Virus record (IMG/VR): IMGVR_UViG_3300025162_000024
Span: 1-64,000 of that record
Origin: a virus
Direction: 5' to 3' (one strand)
Length of the DNA: 64,000 nucleotides
A program made the position numbers and the translations under genes. The notes under the pieces were generated by a model that was not told the origin of the DNA, did no database searches, and saw only the letters and a program-made list of their open reading frames with translations. This document shows positions 45,463 to 54,246 of the stretch, one piece after another. Each line of letters starts with the position of its first letter. Position 1 is the first letter of the stretch.

Positions 45463-47385
45463 CTACGCGATAATCTTCGAGACAATTCGCCACACGCACC
45501 CGGTCCCAATCCCATCGCACTCCAGGGTCACGGTGTCACCCAGGGCATCAATCGCCTCGAATGATCCCGCCCCTTCAATAGAGCAGGTTGCCAGTGGCGG
45601 CAGCAAGGCCACGAGGCAGCCGGTCTGATTGCCCGCCGCGGCTAACACTGCATTCGTGGTCAGGGTGATCGTCCCCGCCCCGGTATTGACGCTGGCAATC
45701 GCGTAGACCCCGGCTTGGATATTGGCCTTTTGCCCGATGGCAACCTTGTCGCCAGCGAGCGCCGCTGCAAATGTCGCTCCGACCGTGCAGACACTGCCGC
45801 CGCCAGCATCCGTTACCGGCGTGTTGGAGTTCTTGGCAGCCCAGTAGGGTACGATGATCAGCTTCTTGGCATCGGCCGAGATCTTCTTGAACGTGATTCG
45901 TCTCCCGGACATATCGCGGTTGGCGTTGAAGGTGTCCTGGAGGAACACAACGATGTCCACCGTGTTGGAGACCGTGATCAAGCCGAGATGCCTGCCATCC
46001 AAGGCGGTCGTCGCCTGTGCGTTGTACGTGTGTGTTGCTTCCGGCCCGGCATTGTTGAACACCTGCATCGCCGGGGAAAACGCGCTCCCGATCGTAGTCG
46101 GGGCCGTATTCCACCGGTTCCCCGTGATGACCCCCTGGGTGACATACGTGGACACCGCCGCGAAGCTCACCGAGCACTCCGAGTTATTCCCCTCGATCAC
46201 CGCATGCCCGCCCCCGTAGAAGTAGATGCCATTGGGCGAGCCTGCCATCACATTGCCGGTGACCGTCAGGTACACGATGGCGCCATCGAAATTAGCCGTG
46301 GCATCGTTGAACCGGATCAGATCCGTTCCTGCCCCGTTGAGCAGGTTGCCGGTGATCGTGATCATCCCCATCGTCTGCGGATAGGCAGTTACGAAGTGCA
46401 GGGCATAACGAGGCACGTTGGCGGTGTAGGTGAAGCGGTTTCCTGTGAAGGAGTACCCATTGGCGGTCGAAGATGCCTGGTTGTCCAGGTACACGGTGTC
46501 ATACGTGTTGGCCGCCGTGAACTTCGGGTAGAAGTTATTGTCGCTGAACGTGACATTGACCGACGGTGGAACGTGGATCAGATGATCGCTGATAGTCGCA
46601 GTGCTCTGCCCCACGTGGTTAGACCGCACGTACAGTCCGTTCAGGTATCCCGCATTGCCAACCGTGCCATTTACGGTGCAGTCAATGAATGGCCCTGCGT
46701 TGTCGATCGCGAAGCATTCGCTGATCCAGATCGGGCCGCATATCTGACCCGATGGAATGTTGAAATACACAGCCGCCCCAGTGCTCTGCTCGAATACACA
46801 CTGCAAAACCCGATGCTCCCACTGTTGGCATAGCTCAATAGCACTGCCAGCCATGGAACTGAACCAGATGTTTACAAACTGGATGTCGATCCAGGCGTTC
46901 TTGGTCGGCCCCGTGGTAGAGGGCATCTGCACGATCCCGCGCAACGGGTTCGTCGTCCCATTCCATGCCGACTGATTGGTGCGGTTTCCATGCATCCGAA
47001 AGTCCCGGAACATGCTCAGAGCGTTCGTGGTATAGAACCCGCCGGTCGTCGGATCGAAGGGCATCAACTTGATCATGTCGCAGTTGGCGGCATTGGCCAG
47101 ATACAGCGTTGTGTGATCGGACCCGGTCCCACACATCATAACGCGATTGGTCAGATTGATAGTGGCACTGATGTAAAACGTGCCGGCCGATAAACGAATG
47201 GTGCCGGAGCCAGTAGCCGCAATCAGGTCATGTGCCGCTTGGATCTGTACATCGTCTGCCGTGCCGTCGCAAACAAACTGAGCTCCGGCTTTCGCCGAAA
47301 GCGGAGCGTCAGAAGCAGCCACCACGATCTCGAAATGCGAGTCACGAATGCCCTGGGTGAGGCCGTCTTGAGTTACTAGTGCCAT
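45463..47385 (-). CDS. Right-handed parallel beta-helix tailspike-like protein
   Basis: VVAASDAP...CDGTADDVQIQAA...GTIRLSAGTF start; repeated ITGN/VTGN/IEGN beta-helix turns. Confidence 0.85.
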   Translation of the reverse strand: MALVTQDGLTQGIRDSHFEIVVAASDAPLSAKAGAQFVCDGTADDVQIQAAHDLIAATGSGTIRLSAGTFYISATINLTNRVMMCGTGSDHTTLYLANAANCDMIKLMPFDPTTGGFYTTNALSMFRDFRMHGNRTNQSAWNGTTNPLRGIVQMPSTTGPTKNAWIDIQFVNIWFSSMAGSAIELCQQWEHRVLQCVFEQSTGAAVYFNIPSGQICGPIWISECFAIDNAGPFIDCTVNGTVGNAGYLNGLYVRSNHVGQSTATISDHLIHVPPSVNVTFSDNNFYPKFTAANTYDTVYLDNQASSTANGYSFTGNRFTYTANVPRYALHFVTAYPQTMGMITITGNLLNGAGTDLIRFNDATANFDGAIVYLTVTGNVMAGSPNGIYFYGGGHAVIEGNNSECSVSFAAVSTYVTQGVITGNRWNTAPTTIGSAFSPAMQVFNNAGPEATHTYNAQATTALDGRHLGLITVSNTVDIVVFLQDTFNANRDMSGRRITFKKISADAKKLIIVPYWAAKNSNTPVTDAGGGSVCTVGATFAAALAGDKVAIGQKANIQAGVYAIASVNTGAGTITLTTNAVLAAAGNQTGCLVALLPPLATCSIEGAGSFEAIDALGDTVTLECDGIGTGCVWRIVSKIIA

Positions 47386-47391
47386 TACCTG

Positions 47392-47400
47392 AGTATACCC
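47392..47400 (-). promoter_or_regulatory. -10-type promoter box GGGTATACT, 6 nt before ATG (leaderless)
   Basis: Same spacing and motif recur at 45070, 41401, 33461 and 30693. Confidence 0.6.
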
Positions 47401-47415
47401 TAGCCCCTGATAGCT

Positions 47416-47447
47416 AAAAAAAAGCCTCTCCCCGGGTGGAGAGAGGC
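47416..47447 (-). terminator. Rho-independent terminator closing the early/accessory block
   Basis: GCCTCTC...GAGAGGC stem followed by 8 T. Confidence 0.88.
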
Positions 47448-47486
47448 CTTATGAACCTGCCCACACGGGCAGATAAAGGAGCTAGG

Positions 47487-48566
47487 TTAACGCATACCAG
47501 GATTCTTCCGATAGCAGTCCTTGGCCAGGGTCGTCGGATTCTGGTAGTCGAATCCGACCTCTGGTGAGTCAGAAGAGCACTTGGAGACACAGGTTACAGT
47601 CCGGGCCACTGGATAGCGTTCACCCTCTGGGTACGAGAACAGCTTGTCCCAGAGTCTGCACCATCCGTCAGCACACAGATACTCGTAGACACCTCCAACC
47701 ACCCGGAACCTGGGCTCAGGCTTCTTCAGGTAGCAGGCCGAGGCCTTGGCACACATGGGTGACGACGAGGCTTGCCAGATGATGGCCCCATCCGAACCAC
47801 TTCCGACCGAGTGGGCCCTGACCTGTACGTATCCGCCCGGGGCGTCAGAAGAGGGCATCCACAGGGCATCCCCCAGATTGAACCGGCCATCGGCACACTC
47901 GTACATCTTGAGCTTCTCGGGATACACCGTGTAGCACTTATCTCTGTGAGCTACAAACCCACCGCCGAGCGTGATCAGCCCATCGGCGGCCACCGATCGC
48001 ACCGGATAAGGCCCTTTCACCGGGTACATCCCACCCGTATGCACATAGAGATCATCCCCGACCTTGAACTGGCCGTCGGCACACGTATGCTGCCGAGGAT
48101 CCTGAAGATAGCAGTCCTCTGGAAAGGCCACAGTGGTGCACGCGTTGATCTTGCTGGCCGCAAGCAGTATCGCTATCTTACCGTAGCATCCCTTATACTG
48201 TGTGCCAAACGATCGGACCTGCACCCAGTCATCCCCGTAGCGCGTCCAGAGCTTATCCCCGACCTTGAACTGACCGTCGGCACACTTCCAGGTGTCCACC
48301 GCCTTGGGCTGCAGCTGGGCAAACTTCTCCTTGACCTCTTCCCCGATACTCGGGTCGATCATATCCTGGGCCGTAGCCCACCCCCGGTCCCAGGCGTTCC
48401 ACAGGGCGGGTGTCGTCTTCGTATACGGGTTCTTCTCCCGGAGAATGCCCAGGGCGTAGTCCTGGGCCCCTCGCTGAACGACCTGGGAGATCTGCTGGGT
48501 TAGAGCATCTCCCACCGTATTCTGGAGCCATTCTTCGCCCGCCACTTCAATCGTCTTCTTCGACAT
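47487..48566 (-). CDS. Protein with four tandem CADG-x-F-x-[VL]GD repeats
   Basis: CADGQFKVGDKL, CADGQFKVGDDL, CADGRFNLGDAL, CADGWCRLWDKL, each ending in CY. Confidence 0.75.
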   Translation of the reverse strand: MSKKTIEVAGEEWLQNTVGDALTQQISQVVQRGAQDYALGILREKNPYTKTTPALWNAWDRGWATAQDMIDPSIGEEVKEKFAQLQPKAVDTWKCADGQFKVGDKLWTRYGDDWVQVRSFGTQYKGCYGKIAILLAASKINACTTVAFPEDCYLQDPRQHTCADGQFKVGDDLYVHTGGMYPVKGPYPVRSVAADGLITLGGGFVAHRDKCYTVYPEKLKMYECADGRFNLGDALWMPSSDAPGGYVQVRAHSVGSGSDGAIIWQASSSPMCAKASACYLKKPEPRFRVVGGVYEYLCADGWCRLWDKLFSYPEGERYPVARTVTCVSKCSSDSPEVGFDYQNPTTLAKDCYRKNPGMR

Positions 48567-48576
48567 CTTCTTCTCC

Positions 48577-49209
48577 TTAAACAAGTTGGGTGTCAGCCGG
48601 ATACAGGCAGGCACTAAACAGATCCTGGTTCAGCACAGACCTGGCCGTGGACAGGAAGAACGTCTCTGCCTTATCCCAGGACCAGGCCTGAAGCCTTTCC
48701 GCGTACGGCTCATGCTTCAGCTGCCATTCGAGCTTAGATGGACGCAGCAGATCCCTTCGCTCAGTGGCCAGCATCCGGTTGTCGATCTCGTGGATCTCGG
48801 CTTGGATCGCCTCGGGGATCGGCCAGGGCAACCCCAGCCGCTGGGCTATAGCCTGCCGGTTGAGCTCTCCTATGGCCTTGAACTGGGGGATTGCAGCCTT
48901 GATCGGCCGGGGGAGATCCTTGGTATAGGCCTCCTCCGCGTCATGGAACAGGAGCCAGGCCCTGGCATCCAGAGAGGCCCGGTAGCAGCATTCAACCGAG
49001 TGCTGGGCCACAGAGTAGGGAACGATACTCGCACCCCCATACCTGTTCTCGATCGACAGGTGATGTGCGATATCCCCGAGCCACACATCCTCCGGCCGCG
49101 GATCGCACGTCCAGTAGGGGACCCCCAGGTAGGTCTGGGTCCAGTACCCCTTGCGATCTGAGCCTATCTCTGGCCTCCAGTTCTCGTAAACGACGTCAAT
49201 CTCTGGCAT
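48577..49209 (-). CDS. HD-superfamily phosphohydrolase (YfdR/5'-deoxynucleotidase-like)
   Basis: DIAHHLSIENRYGG, YSVAQHS, LLFHDAEEAY.KDLPRPIK, IDNRMLATERRDL. Confidence 0.9.
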   Translation of the reverse strand: MPEIDVVYENWRPEIGSDRKGYWTQTYLGVPYWTCDPRPEDVWLGDIAHHLSIENRYGGASIVPYSVAQHSVECCYRASLDARAWLLFHDAEEAYTKDLPRPIKAAIPQFKAIGELNRQAIAQRLGLPWPIPEAIQAEIHEIDNRMLATERRDLLRPSKLEWQLKHEPYAERLQAWSWDKAETFFLSTARSVLNQDLFSACLYPADTQLV

Positions 49210-49430
49210 TAAGGTCCTTTCCTCTCTGCAGGCAGCCGGCCATCCAGGTAGTAGAACACGGGTGAACCCGTGGTCAGATCTGACCTGTACTGGGCGGCCC
49301 CGGCCACTACCGCCTCCCTCTGACATCTGTCCTTCGCATACGATTCCCCGATGCTCTCGGCTACAGCAAACACTAGAAATGTCCAGATCAGAATCACGAT
49401 CGATACTGCGGATTTCTCGTACCCGTCCAT
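49209..49430 (-). CDS. Small membrane protein (paralog of 49432..49644)
   Basis: TM + EAVVAGAAQYRSDLTTGSPVF. Confidence 0.65.
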   Translation of the reverse strand: MDGYEKSAVSIVILIWTFLVFAVAESIGESYAKDRCQREAVVAGAAQYRSDLTTGSPVFYYLDGRLPAERKGP

Positions 49431-49431
49431 C

Positions 49432-49644
49432 TCAAGGTCCTTTCTCTACAGGGGCCGTCGTTGGCCGGGGGAAGAACACAAACTGGGTCTGCCCAGTCCG
49501 TGGATCCGCCCGGTACTCTCCGGCCCCGGCCTCCACAGCCCGCTTATTAAACTCAGACTGGCCGCAGCCCTGGCCAATAGCACACCCTACGCCTACTAAG
49601 ATAGTAGCCGCTATGCATCCCGCGATGAACTCGTCAAAGGTCAT
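49432..49644 (-). CDS. Small membrane protein
   Basis: TM + RAVEAGAGEYRADPRTGQTQF; AGGAG SD. Confidence 0.65.
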   Translation of the reverse strand: MTFDEFIAGCIAATILVGVGCAIGQGCGQSEFNKRAVEAGAGEYRADPRTGQTQFVFFPRPTTAPVEKGP

Positions 49645-49772
49645 ACTGCTTTCTCCTGCTTGTTCCAACCAGATTGGCCCATGCCCTGGCCAATCCCGAA
49701 CCCGATGAGCCCCGATAGGCCGGCGACCACGCAGCCCTGTACACGATCACCGCCAGTCAACCATGCCGCCAT
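49641..49772 (-). CDS. 43-aa truncated paralog of the next gene (not in ORF track)
   Basis: Read directly: MAAWLTGGDRVQGCVVAGLSGLIGFGIGQGMGQSGWNKQEKAV; ATGA overlap. Confidence 0.5.
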   Translation of the reverse strand: MAAWLTGGDRVQGCVVAGLSGLIGFGIGQGMGQSGWNKQEKAV

Positions 49773-51549
49773 CTGCTGCTTGCGAGAGCGTCCAGTCGCC
49801 AGGCCCCCTCAGAAGCAGGTCCATGTACGCGTCGTACGCCTTCGACCGGAGCGTAAACATCCGATCGGGGGTCGGCAGGCGATTGTACATCGCTATCTGC
49901 ATAAGCTCGGGCATCCGTCCGTCGAGCTCGCCCCGCTCTGACATCTGTACCAGGTCGCGGCAGGAGACTCCGCACATCTCCCGGACCCATGCCGGCTGCT
50001 TCTCATCACTCAGAGCGTACTGAGACCGAATACCCCGTAACCGAGCCTTGATCGCCTTCCAGAGGTTGGCGAAGGCTGCAGTTCCGTTATCCGCATGAAC
50101 AGTGGTCTCAGAGCCCTTGGCTGGCTGGGCCGGACGATGCGGGATAGCCGCCAGCGCGTGCTGCCCGCAGGATAACCAATCTGCGTACGCCTTGATGGCC
50201 TGTGTTCCTTCCTGAAATCTTTGCGATGGCCGCGGAAGCTCGGCCGTCTTAGCCAACTCCACAAGCCCCGGGTATTTCTCTTTCAACGTTCCAACCGATG
50301 CCATAGCCTCGATATCGTACAGGCTTACTCCGCATACAGCTGTGATCCAGCGTGCGCGACTATGCCCATTACATTTGCAAATCTCAGGCAGGCCCTTCAT
50401 CCGAAAGGATAGAACGTGCCAAAGGGACCTGAATACTGCTTTCGGAGTAAGTGACAGGCCATCCCACGCGGTCGTAATATCCACGCTAGCCGGCGGTTCC
50501 TGCAACCACTTACCTTGGCCACCTCCGAGCTTCTCTACTGGCGTATGTGCAGGCTTACTCTGCGTAATCTGGTTGGCAGTTAGCCACATGCTATATATGC
50601 GATGACTAGCATTACCAGCCTTAAACAAGCTGTCTGGACTCGGGAACGGAGCTGTCTCTGCCAGCTTAAGCAGAGCTGGCAATCTGGTCTCAAGCTTCCC
50701 GGCTGCCGCCATCTCCAGCAGTTCCAAGTGACTACAGCCGCACATCGCGTTCACCATCTTACGCCGCCCGTATTCCTCATAAACAGCACTGATACCCCGC
50801 AAACCGCGCAGCCTGGGTAAGATGGCTTTCCAGAGTGCCTTGAAAGCCAACTCCGCCGTCGACCTCACCTCGTGATCGCTGAGCTCGGGAGGACAAGTAT
50901 TACTCCTGAAAACCAGATTATCAGGACGCCACATGCTGTAAATACGGTGGCCGTCGCTTCCTTTCTGAAAGACATCGTCAGGTGATGGAAGCATAGACGT
51001 CTCGGTCATCCGTATCAGCTCCGGTAACTTGACATCAAGCTCTCCGGCAGCCGCCATATCCAACAGTTTCCAGTAAGAACAGCCACACAGTGCTTTCACC
51101 CACCGGCTCTTACCACACTCTCCGTAAATGGAGTTAATTCCTCGCAGACCCCTTAACCTTGCAAGAACCGCCTTGCCGAGTGCCTTGTACGCTGCGTCCG
51201 CCGCAATCTTCGCATTGCTGGTGCTAAGCACAGGATTGATCGCCACTTCTGTACTTGTACTGCGGACTGCAGATACCTCGCTCTTGGCTGTAGCCGTCTT
51301 CTTCGTCTCCACGCCCACCGCATGAGCCTGCTTCTGGGGCACGGGGGTCTCGGCCAATGCCTTCATGAACACCGCACCCAACTTCTGCAGCCCCTCGAGG
51401 GCCACGCACATCCGGGAGAGGATGGCCGGGATAACCTCTGGCCGTTTCAACAGATCGCCGACCGTACCGCCACCGGTACCCCAGGCGTCTGTCGTATACA
51501 TCTCCACTACTGACGCGAACGGAACTTGACCTTGAATCTTCTCGTCCAT
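49747..51549 (-). CDS. Protein with four ~90-aa tandem repeats
   Basis: Repeat [AV][YF]..L...[IV]..RL[RK]G[LI]...W[VI]...CG.S...L..M...G.L....P.L......LP.P...F..G......Y..W. Confidence 0.8.
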   Translation of the reverse strand: MDEKIQGQVPFASVVEMYTTDAWGTGGGTVGDLLKRPEVIPAILSRMCVALEGLQKLGAVFMKALAETPVPQKQAHAVGVETKKTATAKSEVSAVRSTSTEVAINPVLSTSNAKIAADAAYKALGKAVLARLRGLRGINSIYGECGKSRWVKALCGCSYWKLLDMAAAGELDVKLPELIRMTETSMLPSPDDVFQKGSDGHRIYSMWRPDNLVFRSNTCPPELSDHEVRSTAELAFKALWKAILPRLRGLRGISAVYEEYGRRKMVNAMCGCSHLELLEMAAAGKLETRLPALLKLAETAPFPSPDSLFKAGNASHRIYSMWLTANQITQSKPAHTPVEKLGGGQGKWLQEPPASVDITTAWDGLSLTPKAVFRSLWHVLSFRMKGLPEICKCNGHSRARWITAVCGVSLYDIEAMASVGTLKEKYPGLVELAKTAELPRPSQRFQEGTQAIKAYADWLSCGQHALAAIPHRPAQPAKGSETTVHADNGTAAFANLWKAIKARLRGIRSQYALSDEKQPAWVREMCGVSCRDLVQMSERGELDGRMPELMQIAMYNRLPTPDRMFTLRSKAYDAYMDLLLRGPGDWTLSQAADGGMVDWR

Positions 51550-51563
51550 CTTGGGTCTCCTTA

Positions 51564-51597
51564 GACCTAAGACCTACTCCCTAGGTCATATGACCTA
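51564..51597. promoter_or_regulatory. Operator-like array: perfect 16-bp palindrome plus GACCTA direct repeats
   Basis: TAGGTCATATGACCTA at 51582-51597; GACCTA at 51564 and 51571. Confidence 0.55.
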
Positions 51598-51640
51598 CGG
51601 ATAGCTGGCCCCAGTGAAATTCACCGGGTGGCCGCGATCG

Positions 51641-52048
51641 TCAGACAGTGGCTAGGTTAAGGACGTGATCAATGAATGACTGGGCTACCTCGCGGGTCGA
51701 ATAGAGATCGTTCTGATCCACCTTACGCCAGGCACCACTCTCCAGGAACTCTACCTCCATCACCCAGCTAACAGCTCCCTGGGGCAGGATCCCCTGGACC
51801 TTTACGGCCAGGACCTCACGCTCATCCCCGAACCAGTATAGGATACGCCCCGGATAGATTGGCTGGCCGTCCCCGGTACTAGGCAGGCAGTAGACCAGCT
51901 CGTCACGTTCTCTGACAGCCTGTACAAGCCAGGTTAGTGCCGGCCGTACCTGTGGCCACTCTGATAACTTGCCAGGAAGCGTTTCCGGACTTCCAAAATG
52001 GCCTGAAATGATCATCTCAACGATCTCTATCGGTGTCAGATTTGGCAT
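51641..52048 (-). CDS. Modular hypothetical protein
   Basis: N-module shared with 58142..58468, C-module shared with 52036..52593. Confidence 0.7.
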   Translation of the reverse strand: MPNLTPIEIVEMIISGHFGSPETLPGKLSEWPQVRPALTWLVQAVRERDELVYCLPSTGDGQPIYPGRILYWFGDEREVLAVKVQGILPQGAVSWVMEVEFLESGAWRKVDQNDLYSTREVAQSFIDHVLNLATV

Positions 52049-52593
52049 AATCGGTCCTCTCTCGCCTTGTCAGCTGCAGCCTGGGCCAGCCCACGGGTGG
52101 AATAGAGATCCTTGGCATATCGATCACTGCTGGAACCTGTGCTCGGTCCCTCCAAGATATCCACGATCACCGTCCACTCCCGGCTCCAGTCACTGTAAGA
52201 GTAGTGAGCTACTCGCCCCTCTCGGGGGTCACTGTACCCGAAGTAGCAGTACAGCTTACGCCCTCGGTAGATGGGCTGCCCGTCCGCAGTCTTCGGCAGG
52301 CTCTCTCGAATCTTTACGAGCTCTTCGACGGCCGGCTCCAGCAGTTCCTCGGCATCGACCCCGACCAGAGAGCAGAGGGTCATGCACAGCCCCTCACGGG
52401 TCTCCAGGTGCTGGTGTAGGACTTCACAGTCTCTGGTCAATATCTTCAGCAACTCAAAGGTATGGCTGAGAACGGCACTCACCATTACCAGGCCTCCACC
52501 GAGGTCAATTGAGGTCTCGTCCACAACCTGCCTGGCCTTTCTCTCCACTTTGTCCACAGCCTCTTCAACATCCTTCAGCGTAAATGCCATCAC
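52036..52593 (-). CDS. Hypothetical protein
   Basis: LPKTADGQPIY...DLYSTR module. Confidence 0.7.
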   Translation of the reverse strand: MMAFTLKDVEEAVDKVERKARQVVDETSIDLGGGLVMVSAVLSHTFELLKILTRDCEVLHQHLETREGLCMTLCSLVGVDAEELLEPAVEELVKIRESLPKTADGQPIYRGRKLYCYFGYSDPREGRVAHYSYSDWSREWTVIVDILEGPSTGSSSDRYAKDLYSTRGLAQAAADKAREDRLCQI

Positions 52594-52688
52594 GTCTCCT
52601 TATCTGTCGACAAACACATGGGTTACCTCAGGGTAGCTCGAGCCATCCTGGGTGACGACCGTCCCCAGATACCGCATGTAACAGCCGC

Positions 52689-53543
52689 CTACTTTCTAGG
52701 GTTTCTCATGATCAACACTTCGGGCCCCACCTCATTCGTCGACTTCCGCCCCACCAGGTGCTTCCATACCCAGCGGCTCTCTGGGTACAGCTCCCGGATG
52801 AGTGGGATATCGTAGAAGCGTATCACTATCCTGGCCTGCTTGAACCCGTCCAATGCCGTAGCCAGCTGCTTATGCTGGTCCAGGGTGAACTTGTGCTTGT
52901 AGAGCTCCCCAGGCCCCGGAAACGGAGGGTCCATGTACAACCCGTTGGCCGGGATATCCGAGCAGTTCCCAATGAACTGAATGGCGTCCATGCACAGGAA
53001 GTTGCACTTCCTGAGCCACTTACGGGCCTCTACGATCGAGCGAACGGCGCTCCAGTAGTGCTTTGCACTGTCCCCACCACTCGATGACCACCTGAAGCTG
53101 ATCCCGCCCGAGAACTCATTGAACGTCCCGGCCCGGCCATGACGGCCCATCCAGCTGCAGACAAAGTATCGTTCGGCCCAATCAAGGTCCGCCAATGGCC
53201 GAGCCTCATTCTCCTGCTCCAGTCGGGCACAGTACGCCTGGGCCTCCAGAAGCTCCTGCTCGTGGTAAATCTTCCGCCTAAGACGGCGGTAGAGCTCTGG
53301 GCCCTTCACCGAGTCGGCCATCACCCGGGCTAGGTTCATCAGATGGCTGTGCAGATCATTGACCAGGATGGATCTAGCTGTCATATAGGGGATCTCGGAC
53401 ATCGACCCGGCGAACGGGACCCCCACCCAGTTGCAGCCCTCGAGCTCATGGCCGACCACATGAGCCAACATTCTGTTGCTTCCGAACCAGCTCGCAATAG
53501 CCGTGACCGCCGCGGGTTCTGTGATTATGTTCCTAGCCGCCAT
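52689..53543 (-). CDS. dam: Dam-like (D12 class) DNA adenine methyltransferase
   Basis: SWFGSNR, VPFAGS motif I, ILVNDL, LYMDPPF motif IV, IRELYP. Confidence 0.85.
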   Translation of the reverse strand: MAARNIITEPAAVTAIASWFGSNRMLAHVVGHELEGCNWVGVPFAGSMSEIPYMTARSILVNDLHSHLMNLARVMADSVKGPELYRRLRRKIYHEQELLEAQAYCARLEQENEARPLADLDWAERYFVCSWMGRHGRAGTFNEFSGGISFRWSSSGGDSAKHYWSAVRSIVEARKWLRKCNFLCMDAIQFIGNCSDIPANGLYMDPPFPGPGELYKHKFTLDQHKQLATALDGFKQARIVIRFYDIPLIRELYPESRWVWKHLVGRKSTNEVGPEVLIMRNPRK

Positions 53544-53555
53544 CTGTCTCCGTTC

Positions 53556-53798
53556 TTACTTACAAATAGAGGGATAGGAAGTCTTGTGCTGCTGGGATTG
53601 ATAGTTGACTATGGAGTACGGAAGACTCCCCCGAGAAGCAAACACCACTTCCCATCCCTCTGTCCAAGCCCCATACTCCACGTCCTTAAGCCTCACCATT
53701 TTACCTACAGTGGCGATGTCTGTCGGAATCCAACTCACCATTACCTGACATCCGCCCGCAACCTCACGGCGGAGTTCACACTGCGAATACATACCCAT
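53556..53798 (-). CDS. Hypothetical protein
   Basis: 80 aa, AGGAG SD. Confidence 0.65.
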   Translation of the reverse strand: MGMYSQCELRREVAGGCQVMVSWIPTDIATVGKMVRLKDVEYGAWTEGWEVVFASRGSLPYSIVNYQSQQHKTSYPSICK

Positions 53799-53805
53799 CT
53801 GTCTC

Positions 53806-54042
53806 CTAGTCCCCAGACTTAACTGGACGAATGACGACCGTGGCCCCAGGCTGCGGTACTACGAGTGCACTTGGCCCAAACGGAAGCAGTCTGCCATCCG
53901 TAAGCCTGACGCCCCCTGGACGCTCGTAGGACGAGGTTACCGACTGCTTGATGTACAGCACATCGTGAAACGAGAAGACGTCTCCTCCGCAGAGGGTCGC
54001 GAACTCTACGGTTACCTCCCTACTTTCCATGTCTATTTTCAA
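53806..54042 (-). CDS. Hypothetical protein
   Basis: 78 aa, AGGAG SD. Confidence 0.6.
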   Translation of the reverse strand: MKIDMESREVTVEFATLCGGDVFSFHDVLYIKQSVTSSYERPGGVRLTDGRLLPFGPSALVVPQPGATVVIRPVKSGD

Positions 54043-54051
54043 GGCGTTCTC

Positions 54052-54246
54052 CTATCTGTACTCGGTACTACTCTGATCAGGCTCCAACACTACTCGAGTC
54101 CCCAGGTCCTGAACTGCTTGCAGGTCTGACCAGATGTCGTCATCCCACGAGGTAGTCTCACTCCCACCCTCTCGGGTCCCAGCCATCTTGACTTGGGCAT
54201 CACCCGGCATCCGCTGCAACTCTGCGATCAGCTCAGATACGATCAT
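54052..54246 (-). CDS. Small phage protein (M.V.ELI..L..MP.D..V type)
   Basis: MIVSELIAELQRMPGDAQV N-terminus common in phages. Confidence 0.7.
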   Translation of the reverse strand: MIVSELIAELQRMPGDAQVKMAGTREGGSETTSWDDDIWSDLQAVQDLGTRVVLEPDQSSTEYR

